Shown: positions 23,625-36,493 of the stretch, piece after piece
How the letters are laid out: each line of letters opens with the position of its first letter
Position numbering within the stretch: the first letter of the stretch is position 1
Assembly (NCBI RefSeq): GCF_009834535.1
Contig: NC_045732.1
Span: 43,214,001-43,278,000, forward strand
Reading direction: 5' to 3'
DNA length: 64,000 nt
Origin: Camelus ferus
Taxonomy: Eukaryota
Notes under the pieces: generated by a model
Databases searched by the model: none
What the model was told of the DNA's origin: nothing
What the model saw: only the letters and a program-made list of their open reading frames with translations
Made by a program: the position numbers and the translations under genes

Positions 23625-24165
23625 TGATGTGGAAGCAGGGTCTGGAAGAGATATTTGTACACCTACGCTCATTAGCAACATTATTCGCGAGAGCAGAAAC
23701 GTGGAAGCAACCAAAGTGTCCAAGGGTGTATGAGGGGATAAGCAAAATGTGGCATTTACATACAATGGAATATTATTTGGCTTTAAAAAGTAAGGGAATT
23801 CTGACACATGCTACCATATGGATGACCCTTGAGGATGTTATGCAAAGTGAAATAAGCCTGTCACAAAAAGACAACTACTGTAAGGTTCTATTTATATGAG
23901 GTACTTAGAGGAGTCAATTTCTTCGAAACAGAAAGTAAAATGGTGGGTTCCAGGACCTGGGGAGAGGGGAAAATGGGGAATTATTGTTTAATGAGTACAG
24001 AATTTCAGTTTCACAAGATGAAAAGAGTTAGGAAGATAAATGGTGGTGATAGTTAAACAACATTATGAATGTCTTTTATACGACTGAACTGGACACTTAA
24101 AAATGGTTAAGATGGTAAATTTTATGTTATGTGTATTTCATCACTAAAAAAATTGGAAAAAAATA
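23625..24165 (+). mobile_element. L1M 3' end
   Basis: ORF2 C-terminus-like ETWKQPKCP...LTHATIWMTLEDVMQSEIS followed by L1M 3'UTR. Confidence 0.8.
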
Positions 24166-24384
24166 TATCTTATGTGAACTTCTTCCTCAGTCTTGTCTTT
24201 GTATCCCTGAGAATTGTTTTGTTTAAGTTTCATCTACCCAGAATCAGGAAGGTTTTTATTCTTGGCCCATGATTGGTGACAATTGGCCTTTGGCTGAAAT
24301 TTGGAGACACCAAGTCACACAAGCACCACCCTCATGGAACATTGCAAGTCTCAGGGGATCTTCTCAGTCGAAAATTGTGCCTCA

Positions 24385-24770
24385 AGAAAGACAAATACTA
24401 TATGATATCACTTACATGTGGAATATAAAAAATAAAAAATAATACAAATGAACTTATTTACAAAACAGAAACAGACTCACAGGCATAGAAAACAAACTTA
24501 TGGTGACCAAAGGGGAAAAGGGGTGGGGGGAAGAAATTAGGAGTATGGTATTAACAGATACAAACTACTATACATAAAATAGATAAGCAAAAAGGATGTA
24601 CTATATAGCACCGGGAACTATATTCAATATCTTGTAATAACCTATAATGGAAAAGAATCTGAAAAAGAATATATATATATAACCAAATCACTTTGCTGTA
24701 CACCTGAAACTAACACAACATTGTAAATCAACTATACCTTAATTTTAAAAATAATAAATAAACTAAAATA
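24385..24770 (+). mobile_element. L1 3' end
   Basis: GACAAATACTATATGATATCAC...CATTGTAAATCAACTATAC. Confidence 0.8.
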
Positions 24771-24934
24771 AAACTGACTTTTCCAGGCCAAGCACTTGCT
24801 TCCTTCATGTTTTCTCATTGCAATGTCAACACATATGTTTATCTCTCTAACTGGCAAAATTTCACCAGGGAAATTTTGGGATTGCAGTAACCACTTTGGG
24901 AAATTTTGCCAAGAGCAAGATTGGTAATTTGAAA

Positions 24935-25195
24935 CAATCTTATGGTTACCAAGAGGAAGGGGTGGGAAGGGATAAATTGGGAGTTCAAGATTTGCAAATA
25001 TTAACCACTATATACAAAAATAAATAAAAAACAAATTTCTTCTGTAGAGCACAGGGAACTATATTCAATATCTTGTAACCTATAATGAAAAAGGATATGA
25101 AAGTGAGTATATGTATGTATATGTATGACTGAAATATTATGCTGCACACCAGAAATTGACATGTTGTAACTTACTATACTTCAATTTAAAAGAAG
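24935..25195 (+). mobile_element. L1 3' end
   Basis: TATGGTTACC...GATAAATTGGGAG...CTATACTTCAATTTAAA. Confidence 0.75.
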
Positions 25196-25903
25196 ATTGT
25201 TAATTCGAGAGATGCCTTAGAACAGAAGGGCAGAAATCCACATGAAGAGCTTGCTTGTTTTATTTATCTTAAAGAGAAAGATCATTTTGTTTCACAAAGG
25301 AGACACCCTCCTCTTCATTTCTGTATTTGGGGATTAAGAAGTGCTGACTTTTGAATACTATGCCTTGATAAATTAGTCAAGAGCCTGAATTATTGTTTAA
25401 ATCAGCTGTAATAACTCCCTTTTGAGTATGCTTATGTGAAATTGTGTTTTCCTGCAGCCAAAATTCTTCCCTTCTCCTTTGGGAGGGAAATGTAGCGAGC
25501 CTTTTACAGTGATAATTTCATATTCATCTGAAGCCACTACAGGAACCCTCATCCAAGTGGACAACAAATGAACTAATTTCTATATAGCTTTCCATTACTT
25601 GCGTAAACAAAGAATGTTGCCTGCCAGTCTAATTCTCCAAGGATCACGTCATTAGCCATTGTAGTCACTAACTTACAAGGAATTCAGGGTGAAACATTCC
25701 ATGTGTTGGATACACTGGGCCCTAGATAGTTAAGATGCATATCTAAGGAAGAATTTCAAGGACCCCAGATTCTTGCATTTTCCCATACAGAGAAAATCAC
25801 TAAAATCCTTAACCGAGATATGGTGGGGGGTTTAGTTGTTGTTTGCTTGTTGGTCTATTTTTTTGTGATTAGCAGTAATCTTTTACCAAGATGCATGCAT
25901 TTG

Positions 25904-26084
25904 TGTTTTTTTTTAATATTATATTTTATTTTTTAAAGTGGCAGTTTCTTTTAATTTATTTAATTTTTGAGTGGGGGGTAATTAGGCTTTTTATGTATTT
26001 ATTTTTAACGGAGATGTTGGGGATTGAACCTAGGACCCTGTGCTTGCTAAGCAGGCACTCTACCACTGAGCTATACCTCCCACC
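25904..26084 (-). mobile_element. tRNA-derived SINE
   Basis: Family sequence; CCAAGATG..TGCATTTG on both flanks. Confidence 0.85.
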
Positions 26085-26515
26085 CCAAGATGAGTGCATT
26101 TGAATGTATTTTTCTACATGTATTTCCCAGCCAAAAAAAATGTATATATTCACTAGCTCCTCCCCTACCTCTTGGAAGCAGTTCCTAATCCTCAGAAAGA
26201 CACTGGATAAAACTCAACTCATGGCTCTTATGTTGTGTTTTTTTCTCCCACCAACACTTGGGCTCTCCGTAAGAGTGGAATTTAGCAAAAATACTTCATG
26301 ATAGTGGCTGCAATAACAGAGATAAATTGGCCTTGACACTGAACCGAAATTGATGGGGTAACTTTAAGGGTCTTGCTGAGATAGTCCCCTTGCATGTCAC
26401 TCCTCATAACAATCGTGACAAAGACTGAACAGGTTGGATGTTGACAGAAATCAAAGGCTCCAGGCCCTTTGGGGGAAGACACTGAACCAGCTATTTATTA
26501 AGCAAGACACAGTGT

Positions 26516-26660
26516 AATTTTTTTTCTCTCTTTTCTTTTCTTTTTCCCCCCCTTTTCTTTCTTTTCTTCTCTTCTCTTTTCTACAGAGGTACTGGGGATT
26601 GAACCTAGTACCTGATGTATGCTAAGCATGTGTTCTACTGCTGAGCTCTACCCTCCCCCT
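26516..26660 (-). mobile_element. tRNA-derived SINE
   Basis: Family sequence with (TTTTC)n tail. Confidence 0.85.
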
Positions 26661-27573
26661 CCAGGCCCTTTCGAACACCTCCAAAGGGGCTGTGAGCATA
26701 TTCTGATTGTTTACTTTCCCGTGGAATTGAATTTTTCCTAATGGCCAGAGAATCATCACTGTAATGGTACGGAAACTACTTGCCTTTGTATTCCCCACTT
26801 GGGGAATGTCAACTTATCTCTCCAGTAGGAGGGATATGCATTGCATTTATTTAAATAACTCTGTTATTTAAAAACTCCGTGAAGTTTTAACTTCTTCAGA
26901 AACTCTACAGCCATTATCACCCATCATCTTCGGAAAGAGTAGAGAGACCTAATGGAATTTGGAATGTAAAGTCAACAAGCTTCTAACCCTGACTCTCAGG
27001 TGAAAATATTGCCATTAGCCTTGATGACAATAAAATTAATCTAACCCCTCTGGGGACCACCTCTAGTTAGCTGCTTCTGAGTGAATAACAGATGACCCCA
27101 TGTGCTTTATAATTTCACCTCAAACCCTAGATTCTACCCTATTACAGGCCAATGTGACTTCTTCACAGGGACTCATATGATGTCTCCACATGTCTCCCTA
27201 ACAGGTTCAAGTTACATTTTCAACATATCCACCTAAACGAAGCCTGCATGATCAAAGGGGAAACTGCCCTGAACCTCAGTGGAAAAGATCTTATTCATAG
27301 GCCTCAAACTGAGGATTCTTAGGAATTCTCCAGAAGCTGATGACTGCAGAGGTGAAAGGCTTCTGCCCAAGACGACAGAACAAGATTCATTTTCTGATTC
27401 TTCAGCATGTTTTTCCTTTTTATCCCACTATTTATCTTGATTATTATTATACCTTGACACCCTCTAGTAACCAACTAAAATATCTCTCAGTCTGATCTTC
27501 CTTATTCTCATCCTGTTATTTTTGACCTGCTATGGTCTTCCTCTGTCACTTAGGGGAAAAAAAAACTATCTTG

Positions 27574-27751
27574 GAAGAGGGGGAGGATATGGCTCAGTGG
27601 TAGAATGTGTGCTCAGCATGCACAAGGTCCTGGGCAATACCTTCAATCCCCAGTACCTCCATTAAATTAAATACATACATACATACATACATACACACAC
27701 CCAATTACTTTACATCCTCCCACCCCCCACCCCCGCCAAAAAGAAAAAAAG
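27574..27751 (+). mobile_element. tRNA-derived SINE (first of a tandem pair)
   Basis: Family head; (TACA)n tail; AACTATCTTG flanks. Confidence 0.85.
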
Positions 27752-27761
27752 AACTATCTTG

Positions 27762-27914
27762 GGGGGAGGGTATAGCTCAGTGGTAGAGCACATGCTTAGC
27801 ACGCACAAGGTCCTGGGTCAATCCCCAGTACCTCCACTAAAAAATAAGTAAATAAATAAACCTAATTTCCGCCCCCAACGACAACAAAAACTTAAAAAAA
27901 CTAAAAAAAAAAAA
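27762..27914 (+). mobile_element. tRNA-derived SINE (second of a tandem pair)
   Basis: Family head/tail; AA(C/T)TATCTTG flanks. Confidence 0.88.
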
Positions 27915-29737
27915 AATTATCTTGCCTGTTTCCTTCAGACCATAGCTACTACTCTGAATTTGCTGGATCTCTCTCATGCACACTCACACATCTACCAGAA
28001 ATTCTGACAGAAATGTAACAGCTCTTCTTTTAAATACCTCAGAAGGTAGGTTTCTTTCTACAGGTCCCCTCTGGTACTCACATCTCCATTACAAAAGTTA
28101 ATCCCAAACCTTGTTCTTGGAAAAAAATGGTGTTGGCCTCAGAGAAGGTTTCTGCTGAGGTCATCACAGCCCCATCAGCAAGACTGAGCCGGTCAGGAGT
28201 GGGAGCCAACAGATGGGGCAGTTTGTTCTCTTCAGAGGAGCTGCAGCCTGCTTTGCTGCTGCTGTTTAACTTCCACGCTTGAAGGATACAAATTGCCTAT
28301 TCCCTGCTTTGATAAATGATACATATATTCCTAACACACAGTCTGTGCTCACTTGGATACTTATCGCCACTTAGGTAGCCATCTGGCTCACACCTGCCTG
28401 CTGCACACTAGCTTATCTTGTGTAGTCAGGGTAATTGTTCCAGAGTTTCAGATATTTAAAACTACCACCGTCTGAAGGGTGGGGGTGGGCACGTTGCCCT
28501 GAAGATGTCCAGAGAGCTCCAAAAACGCGGCAGGCAGAGGCTGCACAGAACTCCCAGGAGGCTCCCTCTTCGTGTGAGTTGCAGTTCCCACAATGAGCAG
28601 GGTACACTTGGAAAAGGTGGTTCCCAAATTGGTCTCTGACCTTAGCAGATGTCACAAATGACGTAACTTCCACCCTAGAAGTCCCCCAAACCAGTTTAAA
28701 TTTAAATTCATTAGTCATATTGTCACGAGCAATTTCATAACCCTTGATGTCCTTGGCTAGCGGTGGGGAGGGGGGCGGGGGTGGGGGTTATGCTTTAGGA
28801 AACAGCTTTGCTGCACTTACATAAATACTACAGGTCAAGTAGAACAATTTCTGATGAAGCTAAAGAAAAGGGCAGTTGGCTCTCTATAAGAGACCAGCTG
28901 GACTCTGGGCCATGTTTCCATAGGGTGGGTTTGGTCATCTGGACCCCGGTGTCCAGGGCCTATTACAAGGATAAATCATCATCTTGTTTCTCATAAACAA
29001 GTGGTACTCTTGGCCAATGTATCCTGTCCAGAGTCTTAAATGCCACTGTGCAGCCCTTATCACATCAGAGGATTCAACACAAATACATAAATAAATCTAA
29101 CATAAACCCAAATCCTGTAATGTCTTTTCTAATAACTTAACTGAGATGCCCTATGGTTCTCCATGATGGCTCTCCATTCTCTGTCAGTGCAATAAGCTAA
29201 TAAACTCAACTTTGTTTAACCACTGGTGAGTTCCTGGTGGTCTCTGGCTGAAGCTCATAGACATTATTTAGAGAATCCAAGAGAATTATCTAAAAAACTC
29301 TTAGACCTAGTAAGGGAAGTGAACAAGGTGATCAGAAACAAGACCTAACATGAAATTGAATAGCCTTCCTTTACAGACACCTAAAATTAGAAAACATACT
29401 AGAAAAAGAGATTGACATCATGGCAACAAAATTCAGAACTTCCCGGGAATATGTTGAGCAAAAAAAAAGTATGGGTTCTACACATTTTTACAGAAAAAAA
29501 ATGTCACCTGAGTAAGTAGGGAGAGATATCATGCTCCAGGCATGAAGAATCAACATTGGATAAATCTGTCCCCAAAGTATCCTCTAAATTCAATTTAATA
29601 GGATTCTTTTTCATCTCCTAAATAATAATAATAATAATAATAATTTCCCCATGGAAACCACCATCCTGAACAGCATGGTTTAATTTAGCCTGATTTTTGA
29701 ACATTGTATAAAGAGAATCATATAATAATCATAATAA

Positions 29738-29830
29738 TAATTATTATTATTTAAATGGAGGTACTGGGGATTGAACCCAGGACCTTATACGTGCTAAGCA
29801 TGCATTCTACTACTGAGTGATACCCCACCC
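29738..29830 (-). mobile_element. tRNA-derived SINE
   Basis: GGAGGTACTGGGGATTGAACCCAGGACC...CTACTGAG. Confidence 0.85.
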
Positions 29831-32339
29831 TTATCTCTTCTAAATTATAAAATATTTCAAGTGCACAATAATCTGCAGAAGAAAATAATATAATGAACAC
29901 CTATGAACACTCAACATGTTGTCATTTGCCCCCCATTCTTTTTTGTCTTTAAGAAACACAGTACTTCAGCTCCAGCTGAAACCTACTAGGTCGGTTCCTC
30001 CACCTAATTTCATCCTTCTCCCTCCCTCCTTGGAGGTAACTGCAATCCTCAATTTATTATTGATCATTCCCTTGCATATCTTTATTCTTTTATGTGATTA
30101 GGGATCCATACACTGAATATATTGTTGGCATTTTTTTTCCAGTTTTATTAGGTTGAATTATTGGTTTGATTGCACATATACATTATACTGCATGTAAATA
30201 CATATATACATTATACTGCACATATTTTCTAGTTTACACGTGTGTACTGATCATTGTTTCTAAGAACAGATTAGAGCTTTAGCTTTTTAAACTTACATAG
30301 TTATCAAAGGAATATAGCTTTGTTGGCATTTTTTTTTAACCTTATTTAAAACAAATATCATACTCTATGTGGCAGTCTTCAACTTTCTTCTATCTCAGCA
30401 CTGTAGGTCTGAGAATTATCCATGTTGACACATGTAATTCTAGTCCTTATTTAACTCTTTAGTGAGGTATAATATACACACAGAACAGTGCACGTGTTAC
30501 ATGGGTGCAATCTGCTTAATGTTTGCCAACTGAGTATACATGTTACTGGCAACGGGACTGAAAAGCAACATGACCAGCACCTTGTCTCAGGTACCACTCT
30601 TGTACCTGCTTTCAGTGACTACTCACCCTCCCATAGAAACCACTATCCTGAACAGCATTGTTTAATTTAGCCTGATTTTTGAACATTGTATAAAGAGAAT
30701 CATATTCTATGCATTTCTTAATGTCTAGCAGCTTCTTTTGCCCGTCATGAGATCCAGCCATGTTGCACATACGGAATTACAGTCATCCATTTTCCTGGTG
30801 TTAAGTGAGAACTGTGACGGCTCTGAAGTTTTACCCTACTCTTGAGCTAACAAGATAGCCTGCCCCAGTTTTACACACAAAACGCAGGTCCATGTGTCAG
30901 GAAAATAGACCATTTATTACTCACAGCAAAGAGCAGCAATTAAGGGGTGGGGATTATAGCCCAGTGGTGGAGCGCGTGCTTGGAAGCTGCTGACACATCA
31001 AGCTGTCCTCCCTCCATAGACAGAGGTTACTCATTACCCTGGAAACCATCTCCCCATTGGAGATGGGAGGGACATTTCTAGATTTATTATCCTGAATTGT
31101 TTCCAAATCTCTCCAAAGAGATACACTAGCTCTGATTTCCAAAACTGATGCTCAGACATGCCCTTTGCTCAGAAGGCCTGGACCACACAGAAACACAAGA
31201 AATCTGGGGACATTTGTCTCCAAAACATTGCTCTATAGCATTCAGTTGGGTGAATACACCATTATTTATGGATCTGTTCTTTGGTTTGTGTGCACCTGGG
31301 TAAGTTTCAGTGCAGGGTTATTATGAATAAAGCTGCTGTAAACATTCTTGTACATGTCTTTGGTTAACATTTGTAGACATTTTGGTTAGGTATGTACCTA
31401 GAGGTGGCATCACAGGGTGATGGGTGTGCATATATGCAGCTCTAGTAGATGCTGCCAAACAGCTTTCCCAGATGATTGCTGTAACCCCTGACATCCCCAT
31501 CAGCTGCCAATGAGACACGTTGTTCCTAGAAATCCTTAGCAACACCTGGTATTCTCTGATTTTTTAATTTTTGCCCACTTGATTGATATGAAATAGTATT
31601 TTGTTGTTTTAAGACACAGTTCCCTGATTTTCTGTGAGCATACGTCCATAGGTTATTGGCCATTTGGGTTTCCTCTTTTGTAAAATGTTTTTCCGTATCT
31701 GTTGCTTGCTTTTCTATTGGGTTGCTTGTCTTTTCCTTGTTTTGATTGTATCTATAATATATATTTGATTTATATATATAAAGTCAATATTTTACATATA
31801 TAGGCTATTTATCTTTTGTATATTGTATGTATTCTGAAGGTATCTTTTGGGGTAGGTATGTCTGTATGTTGTTCTAGGCAGACGGGGCTCACAAAACCAT
31901 CAAGCTCCCATTATGGCTGGGAGCAAGCAATATTTTCTATTGTCTTGGTGGATAGATTTAACTAAGAGAAGGACTGTGATCCAAAGGGACCTGATAGCTT
32001 CTTTGAGGGATAAATCAGGAGCATCAGGCATGGGCCAACACCTGAGGACCACACAGGATCTGGCACACCTCAGAAGATGCCTATGTGAGAAAGTGACCCC
32101 CAAGGACAGCCCACTCTCCCCATATCCTAAGTATCCAGAAGTTAAACTCCAGCCTGGAGGAAATGAGGGGTATGCAGACTGAAACTGCTAATGTGGTTCA
32201 GTGGGGCAGGTTAGAATTGAGATTTCCTCTTATAGAAGGAAAACACGACATGTTCATTATTTCACTGAAATTTTTAAAAATCCTCTTTGGCTCTATCCTT
32301 CGTATTTTGCAATAAAAACTTTGCTCCATGGAACTAATT

Positions 32340-32463
32340 ATTTTTTGGGGTGGGGTGGGGCAGGTAATCAGGTTTGTTTGTTTGTTTATGGTACTGGGGA
32401 TTAAACCCAGGACCTCAAGCATGCTAAGCATTCGGTCTACCACTTGAGCTACACCCTCCCCCC
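32340..32463 (-). mobile_element. tRNA-derived SINE
   Basis: Reverse-complement family sequence. Confidence 0.85.
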
Positions 32464-34549
32464 CATTTTATTTCTAATGCTCACTGAATAAAATTCCCAA
32501 GCCCAGCCTTATAATTAACTAAAGGAATCTAAGAAGGAATGGAGATGTCCCCCTCTCCTTTGGCTGGAGGAAGAGATTCCATTCTGCATCATAAAGATAG
32601 TTCACACCATCTGATTTGGTGAGATGTTCAAGTGAGAAACTTTGTTTTGAGTCCCTGTAGGAAAGCAAAGCCCTGTATGACTGCCAAGGACTGCTGCCAA
32701 CTTGACGTCCACTGAGATCAGGCTGCCCTTGAAATTATAACTATAACTAAGGGGGCTCAGAAATTGCTGCTGTGGCCTGTGAAAATCTTCAAATGACACC
32801 CATAATTACAGTGGATAATGTGTTGTCCTGGAAATGAAGTTGCAAATGACCTCTGACACTCTTGAGCACTATAAAGAAGGCTAGAAGTCCCAGCTTTGCC
32901 GCTTGCAGGCGGTATAACCACGGGCAAGTTACTTTACCTTTTTGTGCTTTCACTTTCCTCTTATGAATGAGGGTCACCGGAGACAGTTTCCTCTGTCACA
33001 TCAGAAGTGATCACTGACACATCCTTCCTTGTCCGCAGGCTTGCAGGTAATCTGATGACACTGGAGATTCCAGGGAGATGCCCCCCACTGCTCAGCTCCA
33101 GAGGTTGGCCCTAAATGGGCTCCTTGAGATGTTCCCCAGTTCCCACCATCAGAGCCCAGATCTCTAAAGGTGTATCTCCAGGGGAAGCAGCTCTCCCACC
33201 CGCCTCGATGACCTGGGCTGGTGAGGGTGGGGATGTCAGGGTTGTCCTGCCCAGTCAGGCCCCATTCTCCAACTATCACCGAGAGAACAGAGGAAATAAT
33301 ACTCAGACCAGCAGCTCCCAGACTTGGGGGAAGGTGTGTGTGCCCAACTCTGCTGTCTTACTTTCTCCCTCCCTCTCTCGGCTCCTCCATTTCTCTTTTT
33401 TTTTTTTTCCCCTTGCTACCTCCATCTCTCCCAATCTCTGTCTCCTCACTTTCATTCCCTCTTGTCTCTTTCTTACTTGTACTGTTTTTTTCTTTCTTGG
33501 TATCTTTCTCCCCATCTCTGCATTTCTGTCTCTCCTCTGATGTCTCTGTAAACTCTGGTTTCTCCTTCTCTCGTGGTATCTCTTTCCATATCTTTTCTAT
33601 TCTCTATCTGTCTGTCTATCTTTGATCTCCCCATGTCTCTCTCCCTGGCCTCTTGAGTTCTCTGCCTGAGGAATTGGACAGAGCGACTCCCCGACTCCAC
33701 TGTCAGGGCTGGACCCCCTGGCTCTTCCCTGATCCTGTCCACCTCTCTAACCCTCCTCATCCATCAAATATTTTCCTTCCCCACCACATGTGGACAAGTG
33801 GATGGCAAACCCAAGGGCTCGGGGAGTGTGAGAGCCACCAGCCAGGGAAATCAAAGCAGAGAAATGAGGAAGGAGGGCTGAGAGACAGATCAAGACAGAT
33901 AGAGGCAAATTTGGGGCTCAGGCGTGGAGGAAGACAAGAAGGAAGAACTTGAGGGACAGCCCCTGAAATCCCTATCGGAAGCAGGTGGGATTAAGCTAGA
34001 GATGAGTGACAGAGACAGAGAGGACGCAGTTTGGGCATCTCTCTGCATCTCGGAGGCCCCTCAGCTAGAAGGTAAGTGGGAAGGCGGCCTGAGGAGGCAC
34101 GGCCTGACAGCCGACTGTTGGTCTAGCCCCTCAACCCAGCTCAGGACTGACTGTACACCGCTACCTCTCCTCTCCTGCGCCTGCCTCCATCTGACGCTGA
34201 GGGTCTTCTCACCTGTTTCTGACCCTCACACAGCTTCTTGTACCTCTTCCTGTCTGTCTCTGTACTTCTTGTCTCTGTGTCTTTTCACTTATTTGTCTGT
34301 CTCTCTCTGCCTCCATCTCCTTCTGTCTCCACTAGGGTCTCAACCTCCCTATGTGCATGTCTCTCAGTTTCTGTTTCTCTCTTCATCTTTCCATTTGTTT
34401 CAGTCTCATTCTGGCCTTCTCCATCTCCTGCCTTCTCTCGGTCTAGGCAGTCCCTGTAGAAACCACCCGGGGCCTGATCCCGCTTTCCCTTCTTTTAGAA
34501 GAGAAGCAGGCCCACAGTCAGGGCAGGGTGCAGGGCTTGACTAGTCCTC

Positions 34550-35010
34550 CCCGCCCCGCCCCCAACTCTGGGGACCTGGATGACTCCGGGAACCCCAGCC
34601 CCAACTAGGCGCGGGGTGATGCCCCAGAAGCCAGGCTCCCACGATGCCCCACCACCGGAAGCCCCCTAGTCCTCCACCATTAAGCCCCGTACTGGTCCCC
34701 CCGCCCTGCCGCGCCCTGCCCCGCCCCACCCCAGCCCGTGGCCCCAGGAGCCAGAGTAGAAGGCCCTGAACTTTGCCATGAAGCTCTCCACGGCCCTCGC
34801 GGGTCCAACAGCCTTCCAGAATCTGAGATGGTGAGCTGGGTCCTAAGGACTGGAGAGGAGGGCGGAACGCCCAGCGTTTGAGGTACCCGAGGGGGCAGGA
34901 CCTTAAGGCGCGGGGCAGGGCGGGGCCTGAAGATGGTTAGAGGTAGGGTCTGCAGGCTGCTGAAGGAACGGAACTTGCAGACATAAGGGGCTGTAGGGGC
35001 GGAGCCTACT
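34550..35010. promoter_or_regulatory. Orphan CpG-rich patch with multiple GC boxes
   Basis: Repeated CCCCGCCCC/GGGGCGGGG and CpGs in unique sequence away from the known promoters. Confidence 0.45.
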
Positions 35011-36493
35011 TGGAGGAGGCCTCAGAGGAGTCCAAGTCGATAGGTAAAGGAGGTAGGGCCTGCAAAAGCCTTAGAGGACCCGGTTGAAAGATAGGGAATG
35101 GGACCTGGGGACTTAAGGGTCTGTAGGCAGCACAGTAGCCTGAGAGGGGTGGAGCCTGTGGACTCCCAGAGGGAAAAGGCTCGGAAGAGATAGTGGGCCA
35201 ACGTTTATTAGCAGCAGGGAGGTGAGGAAGGGCGGGGCTTAGGTGTACCAAATGAGCGGGACCAAATGGAGTGAACCAGAAATACAAGGGTGGCAGCCAG
35301 GGATACCCTGGGTCTGACTGCGGTCCAGGTCCTGCAGGTGTGTCGGGGTAGCTGGCAGGCCCGGGCCTGTGCCCGTGGAGCCAAGAGTTCAAGGCCAGGT
35401 CCCCGTTGGGGCCTTGGGAGGCCTGAGAACTCAGCATCTGCATCTCCAGGGAGCGATTTTATGAGAGAGGGCATTTCCACCTCTTTGCAATGGCTTTGTA
35501 CAAAAGGGACTGTTTTTGTTTCCCATGAGGCTGTTTGCACCCCAGTGGGGGCGGCTGCCTCACACATGTAGGGGTTTACATGCAAGTGTTTGAGGCCAAA
35601 TGTCCATCCAGAAAAATCTTTCCCAAAACTCCCCCACACCCAAAATAAAAACTCATTTCTGGTTCTTTTGTGGTACCCTTAAATACTGACAACACTGAGC
35701 ATCGCAGAGCAGGAACATCTGTGGTGCAGAAGAGGAGGCTGACAAAGGGTACCTTCTTCAAGGAAGCTGGGTCCCCCTGGCCCCTACTTCCATCCCAGGT
35801 CCATGGTGAGGCCACATGGAGGGGAATTAGCTTCACAAATGGGTGACTGGTATCCAGAAAAGACAGAGTTCATGATGAGGTCAGATTTCCCAGCCTTGGC
35901 GATAGAGACACGGGGCGGGGAGAGGTCAGAGGTGCCAGGTGCTGAACCACCCTCGCCACCCCAGCAATCTTGTGCTCACTCACTTCTTTCCCAAGCCTGT
36001 TCCTCTGTCTGCTTATGATTCACCACTTGGTCCCCACACATCCTTACTCACATCTTGACTCACTCCCCCTCCTGCACATTCATGCCACAAACCCTTACTA
36101 GAGCCCACTCTCTGTGGGACTCCAAATTGGAGGGCTCCCAAGTCCCCAAAGAGGGCTCTGCCCCTTGTCCTAGGGAGCGGCTCCTATGGGTGGCTCAAGG
36201 AGTACATACATAGGCATTTCAAAACTGGCTTTAAATACTCATCAGGGTGCCAAAGGGACTAGGGTGAGAGCTTGTTACATGTGAGTGGGGGCTGGGGTGC
36301 CCTGAGAGAGGAGAGACCCATCCATCAGGGCAGTTGGGGTGCCTCACCTCCAAACTGGGATAAGGGAACAGAGTAGAGGCCCTCTCTGGAGGGTCCCAGG
36401 GCCAACCAGGAGCCAGCCCCCCCATCGAGGTAGATCATCGGGGAGGGAACCGAGGAGGAGCTCCCACGGTGGCGGTGATAGGCGGTCACTTCC

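Larger units (their letters stand above)
23060..29263 (+). mobile_element. Ancient ERV1-class proviral remnant (LTR-like ends ~23060-23340 and ~28790-29263), heavily interrupted
   Basis: Two homologous LTR 3' ends (GGTT(C)CCCATG(G/A)TG...TAAAC(C/T)CAACTT(G/T)GTTT(G/A)AC...GTTCCTG(A/G)TGG...ACA); decayed internal sequence without intact ORFs. Confidence 0.5.

Noticed and set aside
33924-34544. 206-aa ORF as an intact gene
   Set aside because: Non-ATG start; runs through a strong donor into low-complexity CT-rich sequence.
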